The notes: a model not told the origin generated them from the letters alone. 64,000 nt of DNA from Octopus sinensis (GCF_006345805.1 NC_042999.1:135470001-135534000); one strand, 5' to 3'; positions 50,223 through 62,949 are shown, counted from the stretch's first letter. Numbers and translations are program-made.

Positions 50223-50447
50223 TCAACAGTAGTTTTCCATGATGGCATCAAGAGTGTTAATGTATGGTCTGATAAGGGCATAGTATCGAATGAATTCATT
50301 TTTCTTCCGCTCTATCTGCTCAATAGTTCCACAGAAGCAATTGTTCTTCAGTGCAGCAGTGTTGATGTTGTTTGGCGGATCGCCGCTGGCAATCACCCAT
50401 GCTCGCAACAAAAGATTCAATTCTTTGCTCTCCCACTTTGATGCCAT
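50223..50447 (-). CDS. 74-aa ORF resembling a Myb/SANT (trihelix, Harbinger-ORF1-type) DNA-binding domain; expression unknown
   Basis: KWESKELNLLLRAW..ALKNNCFCGTIEQIERK..RPYINTLDAIM follows the W-x3-E-x2-LL-x2-W / RT-x-EQ-x-x-RK / PYF-x-x-LD-x-IL pattern; aaaATGg start. Confidence 0.4.
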   Translation of the reverse strand: MASKWESKELNLLLRAWVIASGDPPNNINTAALKNNCFCGTIEQIERKKNEFIRYYALIRPYINTLDAIMENYC

Positions 50448-51289
50448 TTTCGTTTTCTAGGCCGACCGCGGGGGGGGGGGATAGAGAGGAAGTGAAAGAG
50501 ACAGAGGGAGATAGAGAGGAAGAAAGACTGAGGGATGGAGATATGAAGGAAAGAGAGAGAGAGTGATATGAAGAAAGAGAGCAGAGGTATGGAGCGATCG
50601 CGAGACAGAGGGGAGAGGAGGAGAAGAGAAAGAGAGAGTGAGGGAGAGAGAGGAGAGAATGAAGGATGTGAGGGAAAGGGAGAGATGAAGTGAGAAGAGT
50701 AGGGAAAATGAGAAGTATATGAGGGGGAGAGGTAGATGTAGAGAGAGACAAAGGAAGGGAGAGGGAAGTGGGAAAAGGTGGAAGATATGAAAGGGAGGGA
50801 GAGACAGAATGAGGGAGAGATGAGAAAAAGAGGAAGATATGGAAGAGAGAGAGACGTAGGTGTAAAGTGAGACAAAGGGAATGAGAGAGAAAGGGAAAAG
50901 GAGGAAGATATGAGAGAGAGGAGAGAGGAAGAGGAAGGTATGAAAGAAAGAGGGGAGGCTCAGGTAACGAAGATATGAAGGAAGGAAAAATACGAAAGGT
51001 ATAGATCGACAATGCCGCTTTAGGTAAAAGACAAAGTGAAAAAACGATAGTGAAAAGATAGAGGTTTCGTAACGAATTCGCTACCGTAATTTCTTTCCTC
51101 AAATCGAATGTAAACGAAGAGGTCGCTGTAAGAAAAAGTTAAAGGAAAAACGATAGTAATAAAAAAAAGAGGTTTCATAACGAATTCGCTACCGTAAAAT
51201 TTTCAAATACAATGTAAAGAAACAATACGTCTTCACAGAATAATTCGAGGGCAGGATGGAAGGATTGGACAAAAGAGAGGAAGGAGTCT

Positions 51290-52115
51290 AGTTGTTCGAG
51301 GTAAAATTGTTGGTAAAACTCCCCCGCGAACGAGAAGCAGTTGAGGGAGAGAACAAGTTTAGCCAGACAAAGAAGTGTGGACGTGTCAGGTTGGGGTTTG
51401 GTCGAAGGTATAAGAAATATTTGAGGGCAAGAAGTCCTTCATCGCGTGGGATCACCGTATATAGACGGTTCATGTCAAAAGTGAAGAGAAGTTTAGAGGA
51501 GTCAGGAGGTAAGGAGAAAGAGTTGAAAAGACGGAGAGCATGGTTAGTGTCGTGGATGTGGGAGGCGAGGGATAGTGGAGGACACATTCTGTTGGTAGCT
51601 AGGTGTGAGGCTAGAGGACAGAAGGCAATAGGAGGTGTCTTGAAGTTGGCGGAGACTTTCAGCCTTGTAGAGGTCTGCGCGCCACACCACCGTGGATCCA
51701 CCCTTGTTGGCTGGTTTTATGATAATGTTTTTACGGCGTCGGAGACATCGAAGGGCTGAGATTTGGGCTGGGGAGGTGTTCAGATGTCGGGGACGACTGC
51801 GAAAGTTAAACCGGCCCACAACACGTTGGCAGATGCCCGCAAAATGATCGATTGCTTGGAACTGGCCAGGAGCTGGCGTCCAGTGGGATGGTCGGCAGCC
51901 CAGGTCGGTGAAGAAGACCTCTTCGTTAGATGCAGGTAGAGTGTTGTGGAATAGTGCATATAGCCTGACACGGCGCACAAAGCTATGAATATGAGCACAG
52001 GTCTGAAATTCGCTATTGGATGAAGTGAGGGGGATGAAGTGCAGACCCCTACGGGCAAGAGAGCGCTCCGCCTCAGAGAGGAGAGGATCAGAAGGAATGG
52101 TAACAACAGAGTGAA
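51290..52115 (-). mobile_element. Penelope-like element RT fragment (Neptune-like)
   Basis: VVTIPSDPLLSEAERSL..GLHFIP..WTPAPG..IIIKPANKGGSTVVWRADLY..HIHDTNHALRLF..LFTFDMNRLYTVIP..GLLALKYFL. Confidence 0.9.
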
Positions 52116-52233
52116 GTGGGAAGTATGTATGTATGTATGCATGCATCTATGTATGTAGCAATGTCTTTATGCATGAGTGTGAGAGGGAGAGATGGATATA
52201 AATGGGGAGAGAGAAATGGGGAGTGTGAGATAG

Positions 52234-52285
<52 letters not shown>

Positions 52286-52302
52286 GGATGGATGGATGGA
52301 TG

Positions 52303-52363
<61 letters not shown>

Positions 52364-52407
52364 TGAGAGAGAGAGAGAGGGAGAGAGAGAGGGAGAGAGA
52401 GAGAGAA

Positions 52408-53301
52408 TTGATAAGAAATATAACTACAAGTAGCAACAAATTTAAGTTTCTAATTTAGGTGTAAGTCCTGTTTAATAAAAAGGGTGTGCGAGCAAGCGCA
52501 AGCATAGCCGTGTAGACAAGAAATTCTGCTGCAGTCGTTGGTTGATCAATATCATGTGCATAGAATTTGGCAGACGAAAATTGCTGAAGGGGTGTGCCAT
52601 CTGCGTAGTGGAAGCCTTTAGAGGCTCTGTCAAGTCTATTTAACTGGAACCTGTCCCGGATATTATGTCGTTTAAGTAACTGAAAGTAACCCGGAACGAT
52701 CGAAAGGTTGTCGGTCGCATGGTCACCTAAACAAGACAGTACTTAGGTAACCTAAGACTATAAATATTTATTATATGTATGTGTATATTAAACTTGAAAT
52801 GCACCTAATATTGTGCCCAAACTTCAGAATACTAAGAATTAGAAAGTATATACTTTTATATTCAATAATGAATATTTATAGTTTTAGACTAAGTACTGAC
52901 CTGTTTTGGTGACCGTGCGACTGACAACCTTCCGTTCGTTCAGGAGGTACTCCCAGTTACTTAAACGACAAGAAAAGGGGAAAAAATGGGACAGGTTCTG
53001 GCTAAATAGATCTGAAGCCGTGAGAGAGCCTCTAAAAACTTCCACTTTGCCTACGTAGATGGCACACCTCTTCAGCACAGTTTCCGAGTGCCAAATTCTA
53101 TGTACATGACATTAATCAACCCACGACTGCAGCAGCAGATGTCGTAAAGTGTGACAGAATCCGAAACCCTGTAGTTGCGAACTGAAGTTCTTATCTACAC
53201 GGCTATACTTGCGCTTGCTTGCACACACTTTTTATTAAACTAGTCTTACACCTAAATTAGAAACTAAATTTGTTGCTACTTGTAGTTATATTCCTTATCA
53301 A
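52408..53301. mobile_element. Fold-back / long-TIR element, almost entirely palindromic
   Basis: Arms 52408-52773 and 52867-53301 are reverse complements along their length, roughly 80% identical by eye. Confidence 0.85.
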
Positions 53302-53309
53302 CTCACTCA

Positions 53310-53347
<38 letters not shown>

Positions 53348-53429
53348 TACACACACACTCCCCATTTCTCTCTCTCCGTTTATTTCTCTCCCTCCTCACC
53401 CCTACACATAAATACATTGCTCCATACAT

Positions 53430-53550
53430 AGATGCATGCATATATACATACACACACATACATACATACATAAATACGTAGGTAGATGTATGCATACATA
53501 GGTGCATACATACATAAATACACACATACATACATACATACATACATACA

Positions 53551-53584
<34 letters not shown>

Positions 53585-53660
53585 CATACTTGCATACATA
53601 CATACATACATACATACATACATACATACATACATACATACATACATAAATACATACATA
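53430..53660. repeat. (CATA)n microsatellite
   Basis: Direct reading. Confidence 0.95.
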
Positions 53661-54349
53661 CATATGCGCATACATGCACAGGCATACACACGCACTATCA
53701 CTCACACCCACTCATATTGTCATTGGCCACTTCATCATTATATATTAAATTCTATTCAAATTGAAATCCGGTCTGTACCGGAAACACTCAGACAATAGAA
53801 TGATGCTAGGCAACAAAACAAAATCGATAATCAATCACTGAACTTTAGTGACTTTGAATTGGTTCATTAGTGGAATGGTTGCTCGTTAGAAATTGTATGA
53901 AGTAATGGAATAAATTGTTGCAAGTTGACGTAAATATTGATCCGAGTGTTTGAACCTTGAAGCTGTTAGTCCGAGTCTAACATCATTTCTAGGGTACTGA
54001 TTTAACCTGCAAAAGTGTAAATCACAGAGACGGGTTAATAAGTCGTAAATAAATCATATAAACATAATGGATTCATATTCTAAGTTTTTCGAAGACGTAA
54101 TAAATGAAGAAGTATTCATTACAGAAGCATTTGTAATGAAGCTATTTGTTGATAGAGAAAGATGAATGGAAAATGTTGTCGGCAGCGTATTTCCTCTTTT
54201 CTGCTGTTCTCGTCAGCTGCTTGCTGGTCTTATGTAACAACTTCCGTGCACTGATAACCATCAGATTATAGTTGTTGCTCGCCTACTGAGAAATAAATAA
54301 ATAAATGAATGAATGAATGAATGAATAAATAAATAAATAAATGAGTATG

Positions 54350-54960
54350 CGATCTTATATTTCCATTAGGAAATCACCACCACCTCCACCATCACCATCA
54401 CCACCACCACCACCATCACCACCACCACCACCACCACAATCACCACCACCACCACCACCACAACACCACCACCACCACCACCACCGCCATCACCACCACC
54501 ACCACCACACCACCACCACCACCACCACCACCACCACCACCACCGGTGTCGTCGTCGTCGTTGTGGTTGGTGTCACGATCACCAGTACCACCATCTTTCT
54601 CCTTTTGTTCATTATCATTAAGTTGATCATTATCATTGTTGTTGACGTCATCATCGTCGTCGTCGTCATCATCGTCAACGTCATTGTCATCGTCGTCGTT
54701 GTCGTCTTCGTTAACATCTTCCTCTTCTTCTTTCTCCTCCTCCTTCTCCTTCTCCTTCTCCTCCTCCTCATCATCATCACTGTCAACATTATCATCGTCG
54801 TAATCACCATAGTCTTTTTCCTCTCTCTCCAAAGTTATTAACATCATCATCTTCATCATCATCGTCATCAGCAGCAGCATCAATAACGATCTCATTGTCG
54901 TCATCATTATCGTCATCATTATCATCATGGTCATCGCTCCACCCTTCTCTCCTTTTATTA
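54350..54960. repeat. Compound trinucleotide low-complexity tract (CAC/CAT/CGT/CTC)
   Basis: Direct reading. Confidence 0.9.
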
Positions 54961-55002
54961 TCCTTGTCAATATATATTATCTCATCAACATACTCTTACG
55001 CT

Positions 55003-55205
55003 TTACTCTTTTACTTGTTTCAGTCATTTGACTGCGGCCATGCTGGAGCACCGCCTTCAGTCGAGCAAATCGACCCCAGGACTTATTCTTTGTAAGCCTA
55101 GTACTTATTCTATCGGTCTCTTTTGCCGAACCGCTAAGTTACGGGGGCGTGAACACATCAACATCGGTTGTCAAGCGATGGAGGGGGACACACACAAACA
55201 CATCT

Positions 55206-55247
<42 letters not shown>

Positions 55248-55447
55248 ATATATATCTATATATATATAGAATATATATATATTATATATACACACACACA
55301 ACGGCCTTCTTTACGTTCTCGTCTACCAGATCCACTCACAAGGCTTTGGTCGGCCCGAGGCTATAGTAGAAGACACTTGCCCAAGGTGCCACGCATTGGG
55401 ACTGAACCCGGAACCATGTGGTTGGTAAGCAAGCTACTTACCACACA
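55003..55447 (-). mobile_element. SINE family B
   Basis: Tail, (TA)n and head in reverse. Confidence 0.9.
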
Positions 55448-55604
55448 TCATCGTTTTTATAATTGCTTTCTTCACTACTAACTACCCTTCTCCTCATTAC
55501 AGTTAATATCATCATTATAATAGTGGTTTTTCACCATCACTATCATCACCATCATTGTTATCTTTGTTGCCATCATCATTGTCACCATTCACATTGTCAC
55601 TATC

Positions 55605-56040
55605 CTTATCGTCAAAATATTCTCCGAACAATCATTATACGAGAGATTAACGTGTGGGACTTTTCCGTACACACACACACGCTTGCGCGCCCTGATTATG
55701 AATTCCAATTTGTACCTATCATCATAGGTGCATTAGGTCATGCACCAACACATTTACGCAAAAACCTAGGAACACTTGGATTCGCGGAAAAAGCGCAAAA
55801 GAAACTGAGGCGGATTCTCCAAATCCAATCTGTTAGAGGCACAGTAAAAATCTGTAAGACATTCCAAAGATTCTCCATCTGAGATTTTTTTGGTGAAATA
55901 GAGACGCACACATGGGTGTGTGCATCGACAGCTCACCCAACACACCAACTCAGCCCCATATTTACAAGCACCGGGAATTCTTCTTAACTCAAAAAGTCTA
56001 GTCGCTTTGTTAACAGCCGGCTTGAACTCTTAAAAAAACT
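55605..56040 (+). mobile_element. RLE-type LINE extreme 3' end and UTR
   Basis: PDYEFQFVPIIIGALGHAP..LGF..LQIQSVRGTVKICKTFQRF* is a typical RLE C-terminus. Confidence 0.75.
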
Positions 56041-56217
56041 TAAATAAGACTCGAAGAAAAACATGCATATAAATCAAGAATTTTTGTTATATTAGTATTT
56101 GGCATACTTGCACTTGCTTATGTTATTCAATTACATGCCACTGGCCATTTTGAGTTATTTCTTTTAGCTCATTTTTGTTTAAATTCGTTTTTGTGTTGAT
56201 TCAGAGGTATACACACA

Positions 56218-56219
<2 letters not shown>

Positions 56220-56263
<44 letters not shown>

Positions 56264-56445
56264 ACATACATACATATATGCATGCATGCATACATACATA
56301 CATACATACATACATACATACATACATACATACATACATACATACATACATACATTCATACATACATACATTCATACATACATACATACATACAACATAC
56401 ATACATACATACATACATACATACATACATACATACATACATAGA
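56220..56445. repeat. (CA)n/(CATA)n microsatellite
   Basis: Direct reading. Confidence 0.95.
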
Positions 56446-57289
56446 CAAACACACAAGCACGCATAGACAGAGTCAACATCCATTCACAAGGTTGCAAAAG
56501 CAACGAAAATTTTTGGAAGACCTAAAAAAAAAATGAGTGGAAATTAAACCGGTGAGTAAGGCAGTATGACTCTCCCCAGACACAACAAATTTTTTGTTTA
56601 AATTATGCAAATTACCTAAGCCAGAACTATTTTCTACTTTTGTGTGTAAGTCCAACCGTTTGAAGTACGCCTAGATTGTTGAGAGCAATGAAAATAATAT
56701 TTAATTTGAGTTTCTGTGGATTGATATAATATCCACAAAATCGTGAGCAATTTCACACACGGAGGAAAAAAACTTATAGGAAGAAGTACTTTGTTGGCAT
56801 TTTCTTAAATGGCAACGGTTGGACAGATGTTTTCTGTCGGACAGATGTTATCATTTCAGCAGATAAAAAGCATAAGGCAGGAAAAAGAAATATCATGTAT
56901 ATAACCTAGTTTGTTGATGAATGACTCATTGCCGTAAGTCTGGTGACATTTTCCTATGCGGCTTTGGACGTTTATATTGTATAGTAGTAGTATCAGTATC
57001 GTAGGTATTTATTTACTTTATATCGTAATATGAGAACTATAAAATCGCCGATTAAAGATTTTCTAGCGGGCCTGCCACTTGCTCATTGCATAGATGACGG
57101 CAAGAATGACAAGGAAGTTTCTGTAACTCGGTGCAAAACAAATATCAGGAGCGATTTCGTTCGTGAAGCACTGGTATATATATTATTGTTTTCCAGTTTT
57201 CTCAACGACGTTTTGTATAAACGAAAGACACACACACACACACACACAACACACACACACACACACACACATATATGCATACAAACATT

Positions 57290-57640
57290 ATATATTACCA
57301 ACCACATGTTCTGGGTACGGTCCCACCGCGTGGCACCTTAGACAAGTATTTTCTACTATAGCCTCAGACCGACCAAAGCCTTGTGATTGGATCTGGTAGA
57401 CGAAAACTGAACGAAGCCCGTTGTGTGTATATATATATATATATGCGTGTGTGCGTTTGTGTTTGTCCCCCTCCATCGCTTGACAACCGATGTTGATATG
57501 TTTACGTCCCCGTAACTTAGCGATTCGGCAAAAGAGAATAAGTACTAGGCTTACAAAGAATAAGTCCTGGGGTCGATTTGTTCGACTAAAGACGGTGCTC
57601 CGCAACCATGGCCGCAGTAAAATGACTGAAAAAATAAAGA
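57290..57640 (+). mobile_element. SINE family B
   Basis: ccaaccacatgttctgg..gtggcacctt..tail catggccgcagtaaaatgactgaa. Confidence 0.88.
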
Positions 57641-57666
57641 ATAAAAGAATATATATATATAGTATA

Positions 57667-57702
<36 letters not shown>

Positions 57703-58025
57703 AGGGCGCGTGGCTTAGTGGTTAGGGCATTCGGCTCATGATCGTAAGGTTGTGAGTTCGATTCCCGGCGACGCGTTGTGTCCTTGAGCAAGACACTTTA
57801 ATTTCACGTGCTCCAGTCCACTCAGCTGGCAAAAATGAGTTTGCACTTGTATTTCAAAGGGTCAGCCCTTGTCACTCTTGTGTGTCACGCTGATTATCCC
57901 CGAGAACTACGTTAAGGGTACACGTATCTGTGGAATGCTCAACCATTTGCACGTTAATTTCACGAGCAAGCTGTTCCGTTGATCGTATCAGCTGGGACCC
58001 ATCGTCGTCGTAACCGGCGGAGTCT
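57703..58025 (+). mobile_element. SINE family C, complete
   Basis: A box tggcttagtgg, B box gttcgattcc, gtccttgagcaagacactt, shared body ending gtaaccggcggagt. Confidence 0.9.
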
Positions 58026-58099
58026 TTTTTTTTAAAATATATATATATATAATATATATATATATGCATATAAAAATATATATATATATATATATGCAT

Positions 58100-58138
<39 letters not shown>

Positions 58139-58204
58139 ATATCTATATATAGATATATATATATATATGCATATATATATATATATATATACTATACCTT
58201 TTAC

Positions 58205-59310
58205 ACATCCCCACAGGACCCCACACGGACGTAGACAACAGGAGATACGAAATACGAAAACATGGAATACAAACTGCTTTTGCGAACAACGAAACAAACA
58301 AATGGAAAACAAGACAAGCAACATAAAAAACAACCCTTCATCAGTTGTTGGCTGTTTTTCTACTCCGTATTTCGAGTAATTCACGACAAGATACGTCATC
58401 GACATAACAGTTGCTCCCGCAAAGCAAATTGAATAAAATTTGGGATTTTGCGGAGGGTCAAAGTTGGTAACAAACAGGACATTGAAAACAAACAGGAAGG
58501 GTTGCGAAGCCTAAATGAGGTGAGTTGACGAACGCGGAGGAACAAGCTCTGACAGGAGACAGACAAGAATGCGTCATATCCCTGCGGCTGATCGAAAGGA
58601 AAGAAAGAAAAAATGGCCGATGGTCACGTACGAGCAACGAGAGAGCAAAGGAGGAAGAGTGGGGGGAGAGAGAAGGAGAGAGAGAGAATGGCAAAGGGGA
58701 GAGGAAAAAATTAGAGAAAGGATGAGAGAGAGAGAAAAAAACGAAAGGGGGAGAAGGGGAGATAAAAAGAATTAGAGAAAGGAAGAGAGAGGAAATGAAA
58801 GGGCAGAGGGAAAGAGAAAAAGTAAGAGATAGAATAAGTGTCGCATCGGAATTATTAAGATAAAACTTACTTGGAAATAGATGCGTGGCGTTCAATCATA
58901 TAATAATATGAATAATATATATATATATAGCATATATACATACATATACATACATACTTACATATACATGTATATACATATACATATATGGGCACAGGAC
59001 GTCACAGGACGTGAACAACAGGAAATACGAAATGCGAAAACATGGAATACGAACTTTTTTTGCGAACAACGAAAGAAACAAATGGAAAACGAAACAAGCA
59101 ACAAACATATCAACTGTTTTGTCGAAGACGTATCTTGTCGTCAATTGCTCGAAATACAGAGTAGAAAAACAGCCGACAACTGATGAAGGGTCGTTTTTTT
59201 ATGGTGCTTGTCTTGTTTTCCATTTGTTTCTTTCGTTGTTCGCAAAAAAGTTCGTATTCCATGTTTGCGTATTTCATGTTGTTTACGTCCTGTGACGTCC
59301 TGTACCCATA
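58205..59310. repeat. Interspersed repeat present once in direct form (58205-58600) and once as a fold-back (58988-59310)
   Basis: Shared cacaggacgt..catggaatac..gcgaacaacgaaa..aagacaagca and cttcatcagttg modules. Confidence 0.8.
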
Positions 59311-59759
59311 TATGCATATGTATATGCATCGCCACTCATCCATTTCTAAGTAAGATTTATATATATATATATGTGTGTGTGTGTGTGGTGTGTGTGTGTG
59401 TGTGTGTGCGTGCGTGTGTGTGTGTGCGTGCGTGTGTGTGTGCGTGTGTGTGTGTGTGTGCGTGCGTGCGTGTGTGTGTGCGTGCAATTATATGCACCCA
59501 GTACTTAACCGGTACTCATTTTATGGGTCCTGGAAGGTTTAAAGGCAAAGTAAATACCGGCAGTATTTGAACTCAGCATTTAAATACTGTTAAATATTTT
59601 GTCCAATGCTCTCCCAGTTCTGCCAGTCTATAGCCCTTTGAACCCCCGAAAGAGCTTTTACGTGGTCGTACCACCGAACCAGCATTAACTGTCAAAACTC
59701 TCACTAGTTCCATTTAACTGCATTAAAGTAAAGACACATTGGATTATACTATCCTAAAC

Positions 59760-60012
59760 CAATGTTTCTCAACCATTTTTTGGCCTATGGATCACTTTGA
59801 TTCCTCTTTTACTCGACTGGAGCCTCATAGCCATTCAATGTTTTAAAAAATTCTGTTATATTTTTATAATTACATATTATTACGAATTGAATAAAAAATA
59901 ATTAATATATTTTGTGTAATGTAGGTGTTTAAGCAATCTATTGCACGTAAATTTTAACAGCAAAATCTTATACGGACCCCAAGGGTCATATGGACCCGGT
60001 TGAAAACCACTG
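59760..60012. mobile_element. hAT (Buster/Charlie-type) MITE
   Basis: caatgtttctcaacc ... ggttgaaaaccactg; flanks tccTAaac / cctTAcac (decayed nnnTAnnn TSD). Confidence 0.75.
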
Positions 60013-61330
60013 CCTTACACAGTCTATATCTGAATATAAGAAGGGATGGCTACAGCTTGAACGCTTTTAGCCTTAGATTTGCTCGATCAATATTAACCTT
60101 GGCTTAAATGAAAACAACAATCTACCGCCATGGTAAGAATGTAATATTGACGTACAGACTGGAAACATAAGTACTGAAATTATATGTGATTTCTTAAAAG
60201 TAGCTTCATCTATAATATAGACCATCTGTAATAATGTACCATTTCCTTTGCTATTACGAAGGAAAACTATTTCTAAAACGCAAAACTTAAAAACAACTCT
60301 ATTTCTTTGCTCCGAATGTTTCATGATTAGGCCTCGTAAGTTTAAGTTTAAAGTGAGCTTTTGGGCTTTCTTTGCAATGACAGCTCCAACAACCGTTTGG
60401 CAGCTGGTATGAACGCTATTTTGTAAAATAAAAATACAAACCATTTCCTTTTACTGATGCAGTTAATACTTTTTATTTAAAAAAATCAACATCACGAGCT
60501 TGTCAGGATACGTCAATATTGACAGAGGCTGTCTTGCATTATCAATCCTTTCAGAATCAAGATAAGCAAGATTAAGTTCTTTATAACAACGGTCCCCAAG
60601 GTTTTCTTGGGGGGGGGGGGCATCACACAAAGCAATTTTATCATGCATCGGGAGATCACTTGCTATTGTTATTCTTACAGTTTGTTTGTAGGCTTAACCG
60701 ATCGGTACATGAAAAAAAAACTTTCACTTAGACAAGTGCAGGAAAAGAAGCACAGACGGAAGTATCCATTTTTCAAAAACACCATACAGATTGCGATAGT
60801 CTATGAAATAGAGATAAAACTTCAAAAATTATTCTTTCTGCGCAGTTCGATACCAAACTATTCACGGCCTAGTGGTTGGGACCTCTGCTTTAAACCAATA
60901 GTTTCACAAAAATGAAACCAAAATTTATGTGTGAAAGTCCGTGACTTTGATTTCGAGACTCGCCACCTCTACGAAGGATTTTTAAAAAATGCATGTACAA
61001 CTTCAAATTTCACTTCTATCAGTTAAAACATGTGCAGTTATGTGTCATTCTACGATATCAATACTGGTAATTATATGAACAATGGCAATAGAGAGGGAGA
61101 CGATGATAGCTGCTACACTAAATATTTTACAACATTTAGAGACATTACCTTGCCTTTAGAGTTTAAATCCCAAAGGAAGTCAACTTTGTTTTATATTCTT
61201 CTAAGATCAATAATATAATACCAGTCGTTAATGGAGTCCAATTAAATCGAATGTACTCTCAAAAATTTGTGACCTCGTATCTATATTACAAATTAATATT
61301 TGCTTCGCCCCAACGTGGGAGTCTCTACAC

Positions 61331-62560
61331 CAGCGGTTCTCAACCGCAGCTCCCCGGCCCATGTTTAGAATGTCCTCATGCATATCCATAAATACTGGTA
61401 CCAAAATTAAATTTTTTTGAAAAATTTCAAGCATGGATCCATCTTTAACTGAAATCGCACTATTTTCATTCATTCACTGGCTCAAGCTTGCGACGGCTTT
61501 GGCGTAGACAACGGGATACACAAACGCGCACACACTAGTAAGAAACGGTTATTCAGATAGACCAATCACAGAACAGTAAATGAGCATTATTCATCTGTGC
61601 GTGTTTTGACCTTTGATTACCGGCGTTGGTAAAGCGAGAAGCCACTCAGCAATTATTCATTCTATTCATCGACGCATTGATTATCACCCACTGTCTTGGC
61701 GAAACCACATTCGAAGAAAGCTCATACACTTATGCAAGAGAACTGTGCTTTTGAAGCCAATTGGAGGGTAAAATATTTCGTGATTGAAAATGACGGCAAG
61801 GCACACTGCTTTCTCTGACCTCTTGTGATAAAGAGTTTGAAGTCATTTAATGCTGAGAGTCACTACAAAATTCATTCTGCAGAATAAATTTACTACAAAG
61901 GAGTTCTTAAAGTCAGCGCGCACAAAACAAACGAATTTCTTCAAACAAGTGATTCCAAAGATGTAACAATGGCACCATACAAGATTAGCTACCCTCTGGC
62001 TTGCCACATGAAGCTGTATTTAGATGGAGAAATCATGAAACATACTATTGCCATAACAGGCTATTCTTCACTAAAGAATGATATTGTTCAAGCATTCAAC
62101 AAATAGCTAAGAAAATACAGGTCAGCAATGACAGTACCTCGACAAGTTGAATGCATACCTAGTGATCTATATGACCAGCTTCTCAGTAAATCGAGAGATT
62201 GTGTTTACTACTCTGTCGTCCTTGACAGTACAAAAAACATTACCGATACAGAGCAATTAGCTCTGTTCATCAAGAGAATCATGCCAGACTTCCAGATTTA
62301 CGAAGAATTTCTCACGCTCCATTCATGGCTCAAAAAAAGGACAGATATATTCCGTGAATTTCGTACAAGCCTTCAACAAACACATTTGGATCCATCAAAG
62401 CTGTACAGATGGAGGTTCTTCTATGCTTGGACAGAAACTAGGTCTTCAAGGATGCATTGCCAGATGGCGAGGAGAGGACAACTTTACTTCTGTGAGATGG
62501 CACCATTGCATTATACATTAGGAAAATATCATTGTTAAGTCGATGAAAATGGCCATAGGT
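61331..62560 (+). mobile_element. Decayed hAT transposon, SPIN/GTF2IRD2-type transposase 5' half
   Basis: TIR cagcggttctcaacc; NWRVKYFVIENDGKAHCF (BED-like) and ORF 62128-62538 YYSVVLDSTKNITDTEQLALFIKR..FQIYEEFL..DIF. Confidence 0.88.
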
Positions 62561-62584
62561 TGAACTATGTAAATGTTGGGAAAA

Positions 62585-62721
62585 AACATTTGTTTCTTGC
62601 AATACATACCAATTCAAACATCTAAGGCAAAATGTTTTCAGGGCCCTTAAAACGTTGTAGATCCCGAATGGACTCCGCTCCTTTAAAAAAATATGACATG
62701 GACCCTGGTTGAAAACCACTG
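62585..62721. mobile_element. hAT MITE right end
   Basis: catggaccctggttgaaaaccactg, same end as the element at 59760-60012. Confidence 0.65.
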
Positions 62722-62869
62722 ATTTAGTCTGCTTCGTCACCGTGTCAGTTCGTAGTAGCAATTAATAATTGTCACTGTAGCAATAATAGTTATCAACAAG
62801 ATTTATATACACCACTTAACAATGTCAAGGAGGTGACCCTAGGAGGGATGGCCATTATTATTATTGTTG

Positions 62870-62908
<39 letters not shown>

Positions 62909-62913
62909 GTATT

Positions 62914-62949
<36 letters not shown>

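Noticed and set aside
50466-51102. Ser/Leu/Pro-rich part of the 260-aa minus-strand ORF
   Set aside because: Translation of (TC)-rich low-complexity DNA.
54341-54970. Pro/His/Thr-rich and Asp/Glu-rich ORFs
   Set aside because: Compound trinucleotide repeats, open in several frames on both strands.
57703-57777. tRNA gene with CAT anticodon (similar heads at 26652, 33352, 32530)
   Set aside because: T-stem does not pair and the sequence continues into SINE or PLE bodies; tRNA-derived heads, not tRNA genes.
60073-60444. 123-aa ORF with Walker-B-like VYIIDEA, and a PNGCWSCHC motif in another frame
   Set aside because: No Walker A or other supporting motifs and no consistent splice sites; likely chance.
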